Positions 12,261-23,180 are shown, numbered from the stretch's first letter. The stretch is 64,000 nucleotides of DNA from Escherichia coli (GCF_041248615.1 NZ_CP158426.1), one strand, 5' to 3'. Notes: a model not told the origin generated them from the sequence alone. Made by a program: numbers and translations.

Positions 12261-13616
12261 ATGTTTTCAGAAGTCATGCGTTATATTCTCGACCTCGGCC
12301 CTACGGTGATGCTGCCGATTGTCATCATTATTTTTTCTAAAATATTAGGCATGAAGGCAGGCGATTGCTTTAAAGCGGGTCTGCATATCGGGATTGGCTT
12401 TGTTGGCATTGGCCTTGTGATTGGCTTAATGCTGGATTCCATTGGTCCGGCGGCGAAAGCGATGGCGGAAAATTTCGACCTGAATCTGCATGTGGTCGAT
12501 GTCGGCTGGCCGGGCTCTTCACCAATGACCTGGGCGTCGCAAATTGCGCTGGTGGCGATTCCGATTGCGATTCTGGTTAACGTGGCGATGCTACTGACCC
12601 GTATGACGCGGGTGGTAAATGTTGATATCTGGAATATCTGGCATATGACCTTCACCGGCGCATTGCTGCATCTGGCAACCGGTTCATGGATGATAGGGAT
12701 GGCGGGTGTGGTAATTCACGCGGCGTTTGTTTATAAGCTCGGCGACTGGTTTGCCCGCGATACCCGAAATTTCTTTGAGCTGGAAGGCATTGCTATTCCG
12801 CACGGTACGTCGGCGTATCTGGGGCCAATTGCGGTGCTGGTGGATGCTATCATCGAGAAAATCCCAGGCGTTAACCGTATTAAATTTAGCGCCGACGATA
12901 TTCAGCGCAAATTTGGTCCGTTTGGCGAGCCTGTCACCGTGGGTTTTGTGATGGGGCTGATTATCGGCATCCTCGCGGGTTACGATGTCAAAGGTGTATT
13001 GCAGCTGGCGGTAAAAACGGCGGCAGTTATGCTGTTGATGCCACGGGTGATTAAACCCATCATGGATGGTTTAACGCCTATCGCTAAGCAGGCCCGTAGT
13101 CGTTTACAGGCGAAGTTCGGCGGTCAGGAGTTCCTGATTGGCCTTGATCCGGCGTTGCTGCTGGGGCATACGGCGGTGGTATCGGCAAGCCTGATTTTTA
13201 TCCCGCTCACCATTTTAATTGCTGTTTGTGTTCCGGGTAATCAGGTACTGCCGTTTGGCGACCTTGCCACCATCGGTTTCTTTGTGGCGATGGCGGTCGC
13301 CGTGCATCGTGGAAATCTGTTCCGCACCTTAATCTCGGGTGTCATCATTATGAGCATCACCCTGTGGATCGCGACGCAAACTATTGGTTTGCACACCCAA
13401 CTGGCGGCTAACGCTGGGGCGTTAAAAGCCGGAGGCATGGTGGCATCAATGGATCAGGGCGGTTCTCCCATTACCTGGTTACTGATTCAGGTTTTCTCCC
13501 CGCAAAATATTCCCGGTTTCATTATTATCGGTGCCATTTATCTTACCGGTATTTTCATGACCTGGCGTAGAGCGCGCGGCTTTATTAAACAAGAGAAAGC
13601 CGTTCTCGCAGAATAA
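12261..13616 (+). CDS. gatC: PTS galactitol-specific EIIC permease
   Basis: 451 aa polytopic membrane protein; gat operon context. Confidence 0.9.
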   Translation: MFSEVMRYILDLGPTVMLPIVIIIFSKILGMKAGDCFKAGLHIGIGFVGIGLVIGLMLDSIGPAAKAMAENFDLNLHVVDVGWPGSSPMTWASQIALVAIPIAILVNVAMLLTRMTRVVNVDIWNIWHMTFTGALLHLATGSWMIGMAGVVIHAAFVYKLGDWFARDTRNFFELEGIAIPHGTSAYLGPIAVLVDAIIEKIPGVNRIKFSADDIQRKFGPFGEPVTVGFVMGLIIGILAGYDVKGVLQLAVKTAAVMLLMPRVIKPIMDGLTPIAKQARSRLQAKFGGQEFLIGLDPALLLGHTAVVSASLIFIPLTILIAVCVPGNQVLPFGDLATIGFFVAMAVAVHRGNLFRTLISGVIIMSITLWIATQTIGLHTQLAANAGALKAGGMVASMDQGGSPITWLLIQVFSPQNIPGFIIIGAIYLTGIFMTWRRARGFIKQEKAVLAE

Positions 13617-13663
13617 TTTTTACCTGAGGGGGAGTTTATCCCCCTTAATAATCAGGAGTTTTT

Positions 13664-14704
13664 ATGAAATCAGTGGTGAATGATACTGATGGTATCGTGC
13701 GCGTTGCCCAACGAGTCATTCCTGAAATTAAACATCAGGATGAGGTGCGGGTAAAAATTGCCAGCTCGGGATTATGTGGTTCCGATTTACCCAGAATATT
13801 TAAAAATGGTGCACATTATTATCCAATAACGTTAGGTCATGAATTTAGCGGCTATATTGATGCGGTGGGATCCGGTGTTGATGATTTACATCCTGGCGAT
13901 GCGGTTGCCTGTGTGCCGTTATTACCCTGTTTTACTTGTCCAGAGTGTTTGAAAGGGTTTTATTCCCAGTGCGCAAAATATGATTTTATTGGCTCGCGGC
14001 GTGATGGTGGATTTGCTGAGTATATTGTCGTTAACCGAAAAAATGTCTTTGCTCTACCCACGGATATGCCTATTGAGGATGGGGCTTTTATTGAACCGAT
14101 TACCGTTGGCCTGCATGCTTTCCATTTAGCGCAAGGTTGTGAGAATAAAAACGTTATTATTATTGGTGCCGGAACCATTGGCCTGCTGGCAATTCAGTGC
14201 GCTGTCGCGCTGGGAGCAAAGAGTGTGACGGCTATCGACATTAGCTCAGAAAAACTGGCACTGGCAAAATCTTTCGGTGCGATGCAAACATTTAACAGCC
14301 TTGAAATGAGCGCGCCGCAAATGCAGGGCGTTTTACGCGAGCTGCGCTTTAATCAGCTTATCCTCGAGACGGCTGGCGTCCCGCAAACCGTCGAACTGGC
14401 GGTAGAGATTGCCGGGCCTCATGCCCAGCTGGCGCTGGTGGGTACGTTGCATCAAGATTTGCATTTAACATCGGCAACGTTTGGCAAAATATTACGTAAA
14501 GAGCTGACGGTTATCGGCAGTTGGATGAACTACTCCAGCCCTTGGCCGGGGCAGGAGTGGGAAACGGCGAGCCGGTTGCTGACAGAACGTAAGTTAAGCC
14601 TGGAGCCATTAATCGCTCACCGTGGAAGCTTTGAAAGCTTCGCCCAGGCGGTGCGTGACATCGCTCGTAATGCTATGCCGGGCAAAGTGTTGCTTATTCC
14701 CTGA
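13664..14704 (+). CDS. gatD: Galactitol-1-phosphate 5-dehydrogenase (Zn-dependent MDR family)
   Basis: 346 aa with GHEFSG zinc-ADH motif and GAGTIG Rossmann motif. Confidence 0.9.
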   Translation: MKSVVNDTDGIVRVAQRVIPEIKHQDEVRVKIASSGLCGSDLPRIFKNGAHYYPITLGHEFSGYIDAVGSGVDDLHPGDAVACVPLLPCFTCPECLKGFYSQCAKYDFIGSRRDGGFAEYIVVNRKNVFALPTDMPIEDGAFIEPITVGLHAFHLAQGCENKNVIIIGAGTIGLLAIQCAVALGAKSVTAIDISSEKLALAKSFGAMQTFNSLEMSAPQMQGVLRELRFNQLILETAGVPQTVELAVEIAGPHAQLALVGTLHQDLHLTSATFGKILRKELTVIGSWMNYSSPWPGQEWETASRLLTERKLSLEPLIAHRGSFESFAQAVRDIARNAMPGKVLLIP

Positions 14705-14803
14705 AACCGCGGGCCAGCGTGATGCTGGCCCGGTATTGTGCAAAACAGATCATTCACCAATGGTCCCCCTTCGTTTACACTAGCCACAATTGAATATGGG
14801 TAA

Positions 14804-15583
14804 ATGACGATGAATTCATTCGAGCGAAGGAATAAGATCATCCAATTAGTGAATGAACAGGGAACCGTGCTTGTTCAGGATCTGGCGGGAGTATTTGCTG
14901 CCTCGGAAGCGACAATCCGTGCCGATTTGCGCTTTCTCGAACAAAAAGGCGTGGTTACGCGCTTTCATGGCGGTGCGGCGAAAATAATGTCCGGTAATAG
15001 TGAAACCGAGACCCAGGAAGTTGGGTTTAAAGAGCGATTTCAGCTCGCCAGCGCGCCAAAAAACAGAATAGCGCAGGCGGCAGTCAAAATGATCCACGAA
15101 GGGATGACCGTTATTCTCGACAGCGGAAGTACGACAATGCTTATCGCCGAAGGATTAATGACCGCCAAAAATATCACGGTGATTACCAACAGTCTCCCGG
15201 CAGCATTTGCCCTTTCCGAAAATAAAGACATTACTCTGGTCGTCTGTGGTGGGACCGTCCGCCATAAAACACGCTCGATGCATGGTTCCATTGCCGAGCG
15301 TTCATTGCAGGATATTAATGCCGATTTAATGTTTGTCGGTGCTGATGGTATTGATGCGGTTAATGGTATTACGACCTTTAATGAAGGTTATTCGATTAGC
15401 GGGGCGATGGTTACAGCCGCAAATAAAGTGATTGCCGTTCTCGATTCATCGAAATTTAATCGTCGCGGTTTTAATCAGGTACTGCCAATCGAAAAAATTG
15501 ACATTATTATTACCGATGATGCCGTGTCAGAGGTGGATAAACTGGCATTGCAGAAGACACGGGTGAAATTAATTACGGTGTAG
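14804..15583 (+). CDS. gatR: DeoR-family repressor of the gat operon, uninterrupted
   Basis: 259 aa ORF (possible alternative start at MNSF, 14810); N-terminal DeoR HTH (RRNKIIQLVNEQGTVLVQDLAGVFAASEATIRADLRFLEQKG) plus sugar-binding domain. Confidence 0.85.
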   Translation: MTMNSFERRNKIIQLVNEQGTVLVQDLAGVFAASEATIRADLRFLEQKGVVTRFHGGAAKIMSGNSETETQEVGFKERFQLASAPKNRIAQAAVKMIHEGMTVILDSGSTTMLIAEGLMTAKNITVITNSLPAAFALSENKDITLVVCGGTVRHKTRSMHGSIAERSLQDINADLMFVGADGIDAVNGITTFNEGYSISGAMVTAANKVIAVLDSSKFNRRGFNQVLPIEKIDIIITDDAVSEVDKLALQKTRVKLITV

Positions 15584-15593
15584 TATTGCTCTG

Positions 15594-15633
15594 TATGCCG
15601 GATAAAGTTTTTACACCGCATCCGGCATTACGG
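15594..15633. repeat. REP-like palindromic element between gatR and yegS
   Basis: GCCGGATAAAG...CGCATCCGGC imperfect palindrome typical of REP elements. Confidence 0.45.
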
Positions 15634-15664
15634 ATTCTCCCTGGTTCAAGAGAGAATAGTGTGA

Positions 15665-16564
15665 TTAACGCAACAATGGGCAATCTGGTGGTAATCGACA
15701 ACGCAACGCCGCCGGAAGTATTTCAATATGAAAGTTTTGTCCGCTCAACGGTTCGCCATCAAGATTAAAAGTGATTTCGTGTGGGGCTTGTATATCAAAC
15801 CACGACGAAGCGCCTTCGATAATATTCGGGTTATCTTCGTCAGATTTTAATGTTGATACGAGAGCCGGAAGAATTTCATCGCCGGTAAAAATGCGCAGTT
15901 GCAGCAAGCCATCGTTAATTAACGCGTTCGGGCACAATTGCTGACCGCCACCGGCCTGACGCCCGTTACCAATACCAATGACCAGGGCGTCACCTTGCCA
16001 GTGAAAGTTTTCACCGCGGATCTCACAACGGTCCGGTTGCAGAGTATCCATGCGCATTAAGCCATGAATGATGTAAGAGACGCCACCCAGCGCGGCTTTT
16101 AATTTTTCCGGCGTTTCTGTGGTAATACGCGTCCCAAATCCGCCTGTCGCCATATTAATAAAACAGGTTTGTTTGTTGACCTGCGCCATATCTATCGCAA
16201 TGGCGTCACCGGCAATTGCCAGTTTCAGCGCCTTATCCAGTGCCTCAGGAATCCTTACACTGGTGGCAAAATCATTGGCGGTTCCTAATGGCAAAATTCC
16301 TAGCGCGGGTATGTCATCCCCCTCACACTGAATCAACGCCGTAGAAACTTCATTAATGGTGCCATCGCCACCACCGGCAATCACCGTTGCGACGCCCAAC
16401 TTCCGGGCCTCCTCTACATATCGTGCGGCATCGCCTTTCTCCCAGGTGACCCGCACATGGATCGTCATTCCTTCCTCACGCAACAGCATAATTGCTTCGC
16501 GCAAGGGTAGATTGTCAGTGCTTTTGCCATTAAGAATCAGTAAGCTGGCGGGAATTTCTGCCAT
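15665..16564 (-). CDS. yegS: Lipid kinase, diacylglycerol-kinase catalytic-domain family
   Basis: 299 aa; GGDGT motif ([13 protein letters not shown]) of the DAGK_cat fold; recalled YegS. Confidence 0.85.
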   Translation of the reverse strand: MAEIPASLLILNGKSTDNLPLREAIMLLREEGMTIHVRVTWEKGDAARYVEEARKLGVATVIAGGGDGTINEVSTALIQCEGDDIPALGILPLGTANDFATSVRIPEALDKALKLAIAGDAIAIDMAQVNKQTCFINMATGGFGTRITTETPEKLKAALGGVSYIIHGLMRMDTLQPDRCEIRGENFHWQGDALVIGIGNGRQAGGGQQLCPNALINDGLLQLRIFTGDEILPALVSTLKSDEDNPNIIEGASSWFDIQAPHEITFNLDGEPLSGQNFHIEILPAALRCRLPPDCPLLR

Positions 16565-16978
16565 GATCGTATGTGCCTTTATGATTGGTCTGTAGATAGT
16601 GTAGAGCAGAAAAGAAAAGGTGGAGTCAGAACAGGATGAAAGTCGGAGGATAAAAAGTCAGTTCAAGTATGGGGGATTCAGTGGTTACCACCAGGAGCTT
16701 GCAATGGGGACAGCGAATACTAACGGCAGCCACCGATAAATTTCAAAAAAGAGCATATACCTAATATTCAACTAAACAGTGGCATCTTCAATATACTATT
16801 AAAAATATATTAACCCCCCCATGGGGTTACCCGGAAGGGCATCCGTGTATGTAATTCCTACTTATGTAGGAAATGTTGTACAGAACATTTATTATAATCC
16901 TATTCAATTATAATAATCATGCCATTATTATATTTAAACACCAGAGCGTGTCGTTGGTATTTAATGGGGGAAGGTGAG

Positions 16979-17296
16979 ATGAAAAAGATAGCTGCTATAT
17001 CATTAATTAGTATTTTTCTTATGTCTGGTTGTGCTGTGCATAATGATGAGACAAGTATCGGTAAATTTGGTCTTGCATATAAAAGTAATATTCAGCGTAA
17101 ACTCGATAACCAATACTACACCGAAGCCGAAGCTTCTTTAGCCAGGGGCAGAATATCTGGTGCAGAAAATATAGTAAAAAATGATGCAGCTCATTTCTGT
17201 GTTACTCAGGGCAAAAAAATGCAGATAGTTGACCTGAAGACAGAAGGTGCAGGATTACATGGCGTCGCTCGTCTGACATTCAAATGTGGAGAGTGA
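16979..17296 (+). CDS. yegR: Small putative lipoprotein (lipobox LMSGC)
   Basis: ORF 16919..17296 trimmed to MKKIAAISLISIFLMSGCAVHND... (105 aa). Confidence 0.7.
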   Translation: MKKIAAISLISIFLMSGCAVHNDETSIGKFGLAYKSNIQRKLDNQYYTEAEASLARGRISGAENIVKNDAAHFCVTQGKKMQIVDLKTEGAGLHGVARLTFKCGE

Positions 17297-17453
17297 GAAT
17301 ATTTTTGGTAAGCGTCAAACATGCGCGTTCTGGTTGTGCTTAGCCGGAACCTGTGCGAGCACGATGCCGTTACGTGAAAGGCATCGTGCTATGAAGAGAG
17401 ATTCTATCGATGTGGTCAATGGAAGACGGTGACCAGGGATAGGGCTTATGCAT

Positions 17454-17480
17454 AAAAAATAAGCCCGTGTAAGGGAGATT
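17454..17480. other. 27-bp phage P2 attachment-site core (AAAAAATAAGCCCGTGTAAGGGAGATT) overlapping the cyaR 3' end; apparently unoccupied
   Basis: Exact 27-mer present in the sequence; identification as the P2 att core is from memory of the literature. Confidence 0.5.
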
Positions 17481-17540
17481 ACACAGGCTAAGGAGGTGGT
17501 TCCTGGTACAGCTAGCATTTTATGGGTTATGTTTTTCAGC
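17454..17540 (-). ncRNA. cyaR: CyaR (RyeE) CRP-dependent Hfq-binding sRNA
   Basis: Reverse complement equals GCTGAAAAACATAACCCATAAAATGCTAGCTGTACCAGGAACCACCTCCTTAGCCTGTGTAATCTCCCTTACACGGGCTTATTTTTT, including terminator hairpin and U-tail; possible TCACA CRP half-site upstream on the minus strand. Confidence 0.85.
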
Positions 17541-17624
17541 GAAACGGATGATAACCTTAATAAATGCAGCTGTATGTGATCGGTTTCTAAGAATTTTCCA
17601 TCCGGGAAAAATAATCGAAATTAA

Positions 17625-18986
17625 TCACTTACCGTGGGGGTTACGCGTGGTTTCCCCGGAGAAATTACGCATCAGCAGCGCGTAATTTAGCTCAAGATCC
17701 TGCGGCACCGGGATCCACACAGTATAACCATCGCCCGGTGCGACCGGCATTGCTTCGCCTTTGGCGTTTTCCATGTGCTCAAGGGTAAAGTTAATGTTCC
17801 CTTGCGGCGTCATCAGCTCAAGGCTGTCGCCAACGGAGAATTTATTTTTCACCGCTACCGCCGCGAGGTCGCCCTTGCGCTCACTGGTAAACTCACCAAC
17901 AAACTGCTGGCGGTCAGAAACTGAATAACCGTATTCGTAGTTCTGATAATCGTCGTGAGTATGACGACGCAGGAAACCTTCGGTATAGCCACGATGCGCC
18001 AGACCTTCCAGGGTTTCCAGCAGGCTGGTATCGAATGGTTTTCCCGCAGCTGCGTCATCGATAGCTTTACGGTAAACCTGCGCGGTGCGTGCGCAATAGT
18101 AGAAAGATTTGGTACGGCCTTCGATTTTCAGCGAATGCACGCCCATTTTGGTCAGGCGTTCAACATGGGCGATGGCGCGCAGATCTTTCGAGTTCATGAT
18201 GTAAGTGCCGTGCTCATCTTCAAACGCGGTCATATACTCGCCCGGACGCTGGGCTTCTTCGATCATAAACACTTTGTCGGTTGGTGCGCCGATCCCCAGC
18301 GTCGGTTCAACGTTTTGCACCGGAATCGGTTCGTACTTGTGTACGATGTTGCCGACGTCATCTTCTTTCCCTTCCTGGACGTTATACTCCCAGCGGCAGG
18401 CGTTGGTGCAGGTGCCCTGGTTCGGGTCGCGCTTGTTGATATAGCCAGAGAGCAGGCAGCGACCGGAGTAGGCCATGCACAGCGCGCCGTGAACGAAGAT
18501 TTCGATCTCCATATCTGGCACCTGATTGCGGATCTCTTCAATCTCTTCCAGTGACAGTTCGCGAGAGAGGATCACGCGGGTCAGACCCATTTGCTGCCAG
18601 AATTTCACCGTCGCCCAGTTCACGGCGTTAGCCTGTACTGAGAGATGGATCGGCATTTCAGGGAAGTGCTCGCGCACCAGCATAATCAGCCCTGGATCAG
18701 ACATAATCAGCGCATCCGGCCCCATTTCCACCACCGGTTTCAGGTCACGGATAAAGGTTTTCAGCTTGGCGTTGTGCGGTGCAATGTTGACCACGACATA
18801 AAACTTTTTCCCCAGCGCGTGGGCTTCATTGATGCCGAGCTGAAGATTTTCGTGGTTAAATTCGTTGTTGCGCACACGCAGGGAGTAACGCGGCTGGCCC
18901 GCATAAACAGCATCTGCGCCATAAGCGAAAGCGTAACGCATATTTTTCAGCGTTCCCGCCGGGGAAAGGAGTTCCGGTTTAAACAT
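17625..18986 (-). CDS. yegQ: Peptidase U32-family protein (family implicated in tRNA hydroxylation)
   Basis: 453 aa MFKPELLSPAGTLKNMRYAFAYGADAVYAGQPRYSLR...; characteristic U32 N-terminus. Confidence 0.85.
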   Translation of the reverse strand: MFKPELLSPAGTLKNMRYAFAYGADAVYAGQPRYSLRVRNNEFNHENLQLGINEAHALGKKFYVVVNIAPHNAKLKTFIRDLKPVVEMGPDALIMSDPGLIMLVREHFPEMPIHLSVQANAVNWATVKFWQQMGLTRVILSRELSLEEIEEIRNQVPDMEIEIFVHGALCMAYSGRCLLSGYINKRDPNQGTCTNACRWEYNVQEGKEDDVGNIVHKYEPIPVQNVEPTLGIGAPTDKVFMIEEAQRPGEYMTAFEDEHGTYIMNSKDLRAIAHVERLTKMGVHSLKIEGRTKSFYYCARTAQVYRKAIDDAAAGKPFDTSLLETLEGLAHRGYTEGFLRRHTHDDYQNYEYGYSVSDRQQFVGEFTSERKGDLAAVAVKNKFSVGDSLELMTPQGNINFTLEHMENAKGEAMPVAPGDGYTVWIPVPQDLELNYALLMRNFSGETTRNPHGK

Positions 18987-19133
18987 AATTCTCTCGTTCT
19001 GATGACAGGTCAGATCCGCTTCACCTGATGAAGCGGCCAGGGGAGTGCCCCCACTTTAAGGGCGGGCATTGTAGCGCTGTAGGGGGGAGCTGGTAAAGCG
19101 CCGGACGCCAACAACCCACGCCCGGCATCGTAA

Positions 19134-19466
19134 TTACGTATTGTCTTTCACCGTCTGGCTTGTGCCATTGGCTTTAACGGAGGCAATTCCGGTTTCACGA
19201 GATTGCGCGGTGGCGTACATCTGGCTGGAGCCGATAATTTGATGATTAGCGGCTTTCAGATTGAAATAGAATTTGCCGTTGCTTGCCGTTTTTTTCTCAT
19301 AGCGTTCTTCTTGCGGGCTGTTGCTACGCACCGACGCGATGCCCTTTTCCGCAGAGGCTTTTGAGGTATACAGCTCGCTGGTAAGGATAGTCTCACCATT
19401 GCCCGCTTTTAGCACAAACCGAAATTGATTATCACTGCTTTTACTGAGTTCAAACCAACCAGCCAT
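19134..19466 (-). CDS. yegP: DUF1508 / UPF0339 family small protein with tandem repeats
   Basis: ORF 19134..19505 trimmed to MAGWFELSKSSDNQFRFVLKAGNGETILTSELY... (110 aa); two internal repeats. Confidence 0.75.
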   Translation of the reverse strand: MAGWFELSKSSDNQFRFVLKAGNGETILTSELYTSKASAEKGIASVRSNSPQEERYEKKTASNGKFYFNLKAANHQIIGSSQMYATAQSRETGIASVKANGTSQTVKDNT

Positions 19467-19645
19467 AATGACTCCTTGATTGAAATTGCGTATCGAAAAC
19501 AGCATCTAAAAGGACTGTTTACCGATTAAAGTATGAGCGATTTTCTGGTGCCTGCCAGGGCGGAGAGATAATGTCAGTTTGCTGACCATGCGTGGGATTA
19601 TGTTGCCGGATGCGGCGTGAATGCCTTCTCCGGCAGGTAAAAATG

Positions 19646-20368
19646 TTAAACGATGCGGCAGGCGTCGGCTTCCCAGCGGTAACCGACGCCGTAAACGGCA
19701 CGGATAAAGGACTGTTCGGCGTCGAGAGATTCCAGCTTGCGACGCAGGTTTTTAATGTGGCTGTCGATGGTGCGGTCGGTTACTACGCGGTAGTCGTCAT
19801 AAAGATGATTGAGCAATTGCTCGCGGGAGAACACTTTTCCTGGTTCATGAGAGAGCGTTTTCAGCAGACGAAATTCCGCAGGCGTCAGGTCAAGCATTTT
19901 ACCGCGCCATGAAGCCTGAAAACGACCTTCGTCGATAATCAACGGGCTTTCAGCATCCTGTTGCTGCAACTCACGCTGCGGTTTGCAACGGCGCAAAATG
20001 GTTTTGACGCGCGCTACCACTTCCCGTGGGCTGTACGGCTTGCAGATGTAGTCATCTGCACCAATCTCCAGCCCCAGCAGGCGGTCGATCTCTTCGATTT
20101 TTGCTGTCACCATCACGATCGGAATGTCAGAAAAACGACGAATTTCCCGGCACAGCGTCAGGCCATCGGTGCCAGGAAGCATAAGATCCAGCAGGATCAG
20201 ATCCGGTGGTGTCTGGCGCACATACGGCAGTACCTGATCGCCGTGGCTGATAAGCGTCGGCGCATAGCTCGCAGCACGCAGATAATCAATGAGCAACTGC
20301 CCCAGCTTCGGTTCATCTTCCACGATCAAAATACGCGGTGTGTTTTCGTCGATTGGTAACTCGGTCAT
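19646..20368 (-). CDS. baeR: Two-component response regulator (OmpR family)
   Basis: 240 aa; receiver domain ([14 protein letters not shown]...[14 protein letters not shown]) plus winged-helix output; overlaps baeS stop. Confidence 0.95.
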
Positions 20369-21768
20369 ACTTCTCTCTGTAAATCCCGTTCCAGCGGTAA
20401 CTCTACTGTAATGCTTACCCCGCCAAAAGGCGAATGGGCGGCAATAATGCGGCCATTATGTGCTTCAACAATGTTCAGGCAAATCGCCAGCCCCAGCCCG
20501 GAACCGCCGCTGGCTCGGTTGCGGGAACCTTCGGTGCGATAAAAACGTTCAAACAATTTTTGTAGCTGATCGTCACTGACGCCCGGCGCGCTGTCGGCAA
20601 AGGTCAGTCGCACCGTTTTGTCGTGCTGCTCGGCAGAGATTTTCAGGCTACCGCCGCTGTCAGTGTAGCGCAGGCTGTTTTCCAGTAAGTTATTGAATAA
20701 CTGCATTAAACGGTCGCGATCGCCAAATACGGTAATACTGTCTGGCAGGGAAAATTGCAGTTTCAGGCCACGGCTGGCGAATCTTTCGCGAAATGCGCCG
20801 CCCGCCACTTCCAGCAGTGGGATCAAATCTACCGGTGCTTTTTGATAGGCGAGAGCGCCTTCATCAGACATCGACAACTGATGGAGATCGTCAACCAGTT
20901 TGGTCAGTGTACCGACCTCCGCCTGTAAAGACGCCACCGTCTCCGGCGTGAATTTACGCACGCCATCCTGAATGGCTTCCAGTTCACCGCGCAGCACCGC
21001 TAATGGCGTACGCAGTTCGTGAGAAATATCGGCCATAAAATCGCGCCGCATTTGCTGGTTTTTCTCCAGCGTGCTGGCAAGCTGGTTGAAGTCTTGCGCC
21101 AGTTTGCCCAGTTCATCTTCACTGGTGGGTGTCACGCGGGTAGTGAAATCGCCCGCCGCCAGTTTGTGCGTGCCGTCCACCAGCCGTTTGACCGGGGCCA
21201 ACAGACCACGCGCCAGCAGAAAGGTGGCGAGTGCCGCGAGTAACGTAGCCAGGGCGACAATCAGCCAGCTGGTTTGCCGCTGTTGTTTATCGAAATTGAT
21301 ATCAGTATTGCGGGTCAGTCGCTCAATAGGGGAGGCAATCACCGCACCCACTTCCGCACCGTTGACCAGAATGGGTCGCCGTGTACCGTCAGGTGGAATC
21401 GGCGCTCGCGGACCAACCAGCACTTTGTTGTTTTGATCGACCACCCAGAACTGAGTACGCCAGCCGTGCGGCGGCATACCCGGGCCGGGTTTATCTTCCG
21501 AATTATCGTGTTCAAATGAACGCAGGATCTGAAAGACAAAGCGATCGTTGTTGCGCAGGAAGCGCCAGTTACCATGCTGCGCATACTGCTCGCCAAGCGC
21601 ATCACTTAACAGCTGTAATCGCTGTTCATTGCCGTGTTTGATGTAATCAATAAAGCCACGCTCAAAACTGATACGCACCGCCCAGTGCATACTGATCAGC
21701 AAGACAATGCAGGTGGCGAAAATCGCCAGAAACAGTTTGCCGGTAATACCGGGTCGCCAGAACTTCAT
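20365..21768 (-). CDS. baeS: Envelope-stress sensor histidine kinase
   Basis: 467 aa; HAMP, H-box ([11 protein letters not shown]) and ATPase motifs; overlaps mdtD stop. Confidence 0.95.
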
Positions 21769-23180
21769 TGCGCGCTCCTTTTTCGCCGCGAAATAGCTAC
21801 ATTTTGATGCGTATCGTTCGGCACTCTGGCAAAGATGAACGCCGGAAGGGCGATGATAAACGCCATGCTAAGCCAGGTGTACATAAAGACGGTTTGTGTG
21901 GTGCCGCTGTCGATGCTGACATGCTGCGAACCAAAAAGCCCCAGCAACAGCCCGGCGATGGTGACGCCGATACTCATCGACAATTGCATAATCATCGACA
22001 GCAGACTGTTGCCGCTGCTCGCCAGATTGTCCGGGAGATCTTTCAGCGTCAGGGTGTTCATGGAGGAGAAACGGGTCGAGTTGACCATCCCTTGTAAAAA
22101 CAGGACGAACGGCAAAACGTAGTACCAGCCCAGCAGAGCGGTAGTCATAAACAATAGGGTGACCAGCGACAGACCCAGCGTGGTCGCCACCAGCACCCGA
22201 CGGTAGCCAAAGCGATTCACTACCTGTACCACAATTCGCTTCATTCCCATGCTGCCGAGTACCATCGGGATCATCATCAGTCCGGCATGAAACGGCGAGA
22301 AACCGAGGCCAATTTGCAGGAAAACCGGTGTCATAAAGGGCAACATGCCACTGCCAATACGTCCGGCAAAGCTCCCCGCCAGGCCCAGCGAAAAGGTACG
22401 AGTGCGGAACAGTTTCAGACTGAACAGGGCGCGGTTGTTATTTCTGGCGTGCAGCAGATAAAGCACCAGTGCCACCACGCCAACTGCGACCAGGCCAGCA
22501 ATCGCCAGCGGCGATAAACCTGTACCTTTACTGCCGTCCAGCGCCAGGGTTAATACCGCCATGCCAATCGCCAGCAATAAAAAGCCGGAGAGATCGAAGC
22601 GCCGCGTCTGCATGGTGTAGTTCGGCATTAACATCAGTGTGGCGATCGCGCCGATAATTCCCACCGGAATGTTGATCAAAAAGATCCAGTGCCACGACGC
22701 GTACTCCACCAGCAGGCCGCCGAGCGCCGGACCGAGCAGCGGCCCGACCTGACCGGGTAACGTGACAAAGGTCATCGCCGCCATATATTGCTCGCGCGGT
22801 ACGATTTTCATCACCGTCAACCTGCCGACCGGCACCATCATCGCACCGCCAACGCCCTGTAACGCGCGTGCCAGCAACAGTTCGTTCAGCGTGCCGGAAA
22901 GCGCGCAAAACAGTGAACCGAGAGTAAACAGCACGATGGCGGTAAAGAAAATATTGCGCACGCCGACTTTGTCCGCCAGCCAGCCGCTGGCGGGCAGCAT
23001 CACCGCCACGGTCAGTACATAAGAGACAATGACCATGTGCATATGCAACGGACTTTCCCCGAGGCTTTGCGCCATTGAGGGAAGCGCGGTGTTGACGATG
23101 GTGGTGTCCAGCGACTGCATAAAGAAGCCGAAAGCCACAATCCACAATTGCCAGCGGGTGCTGTCGGGAAGATCTGTCAT
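21765..23180 (-). CDS. mdtD: MFS-type efflux transporter
   Basis: 471 aa polytopic protein; final gene of the mdt efflux part of the operon. Confidence 0.9.
   Translation of the reverse strand: MTDLPDSTRWQLWIVAFGFFMQSLDTTIVNTALPSMAQSLGESPLHMHMVIVSYVLTVAVMLPASGWLADKVGVRNIFFTAIVLFTLGSLFCALSGTLNELLLARALQGVGGAMMVPVGRLTVMKIVPREQYMAAMTFVTLPGQVGPLLGPALGGLLVEYASWHWIFLINIPVGIIGAIATLMLMPNYTMQTRRFDLSGFLLLAIGMAVLTLALDGSKGTGLSPLAIAGLVAVGVVALVLYLLHARNNNRALFSLKLFRTRTFSLGLAGSFAGRIGSGMLPFMTPVFLQIGLGFSPFHAGLMMIPMVLGSMGMKRIVVQVVNRFGYRRVLVATTLGLSLVTLLFMTTALLGWYYVLPFVLFLQGMVNSTRFSSMNTLTLKDLPDNLASSGNSLLSMIMQLSMSIGVTIAGLLLGLFGSQHVSIDSGTTQTVFMYTWLSMAFIIALPAFIFARVPNDTHQNVAISRRKRSAQ

Noticed and set aside
15586-15768. 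60-aa ORF between gatR and yegS
   Set aside because: Overlaps a REP-like palindrome and the 3' end of yegS; likely non-coding.
16565-16978. AT-rich 414-bp yegS-yegR intergenic region with a CCCCATGGGG palindrome, considered as a possible mobile-element scar or sRNA
   Set aside because: No terminal repeats, promoter-terminator pair or coding potential that I could support; most simply the yegR promoter region.
17315-17518. 67-aa minus-strand ORF
   Set aside because: Overlaps the CyaR sRNA gene and the P2 att core; the sRNA identity explains the sequence.
17297-17624. Expected P2-like cryptic prophage genes (ogrK, yegZ) between yegR and yegQ
   Set aside because: No such ORFs exist; the interval is only about 330 bp and holds cyaR plus the att core, so this is treated as an empty site.
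17955-18554. 199-aa plus-strand ORF inside yegQ (similar antisense ORFs at 48779..49363 in wzc, 56172..56969 in gmd, 57374..57895 in fcl, 58488..58964 in wcaI, 60530..61000 in cpsB, 61873..62400 in cpsG, 45775..46398 in yegH)
   Set aside because: Fully contained antisense to confidently identified genes; no start-site or motif support.
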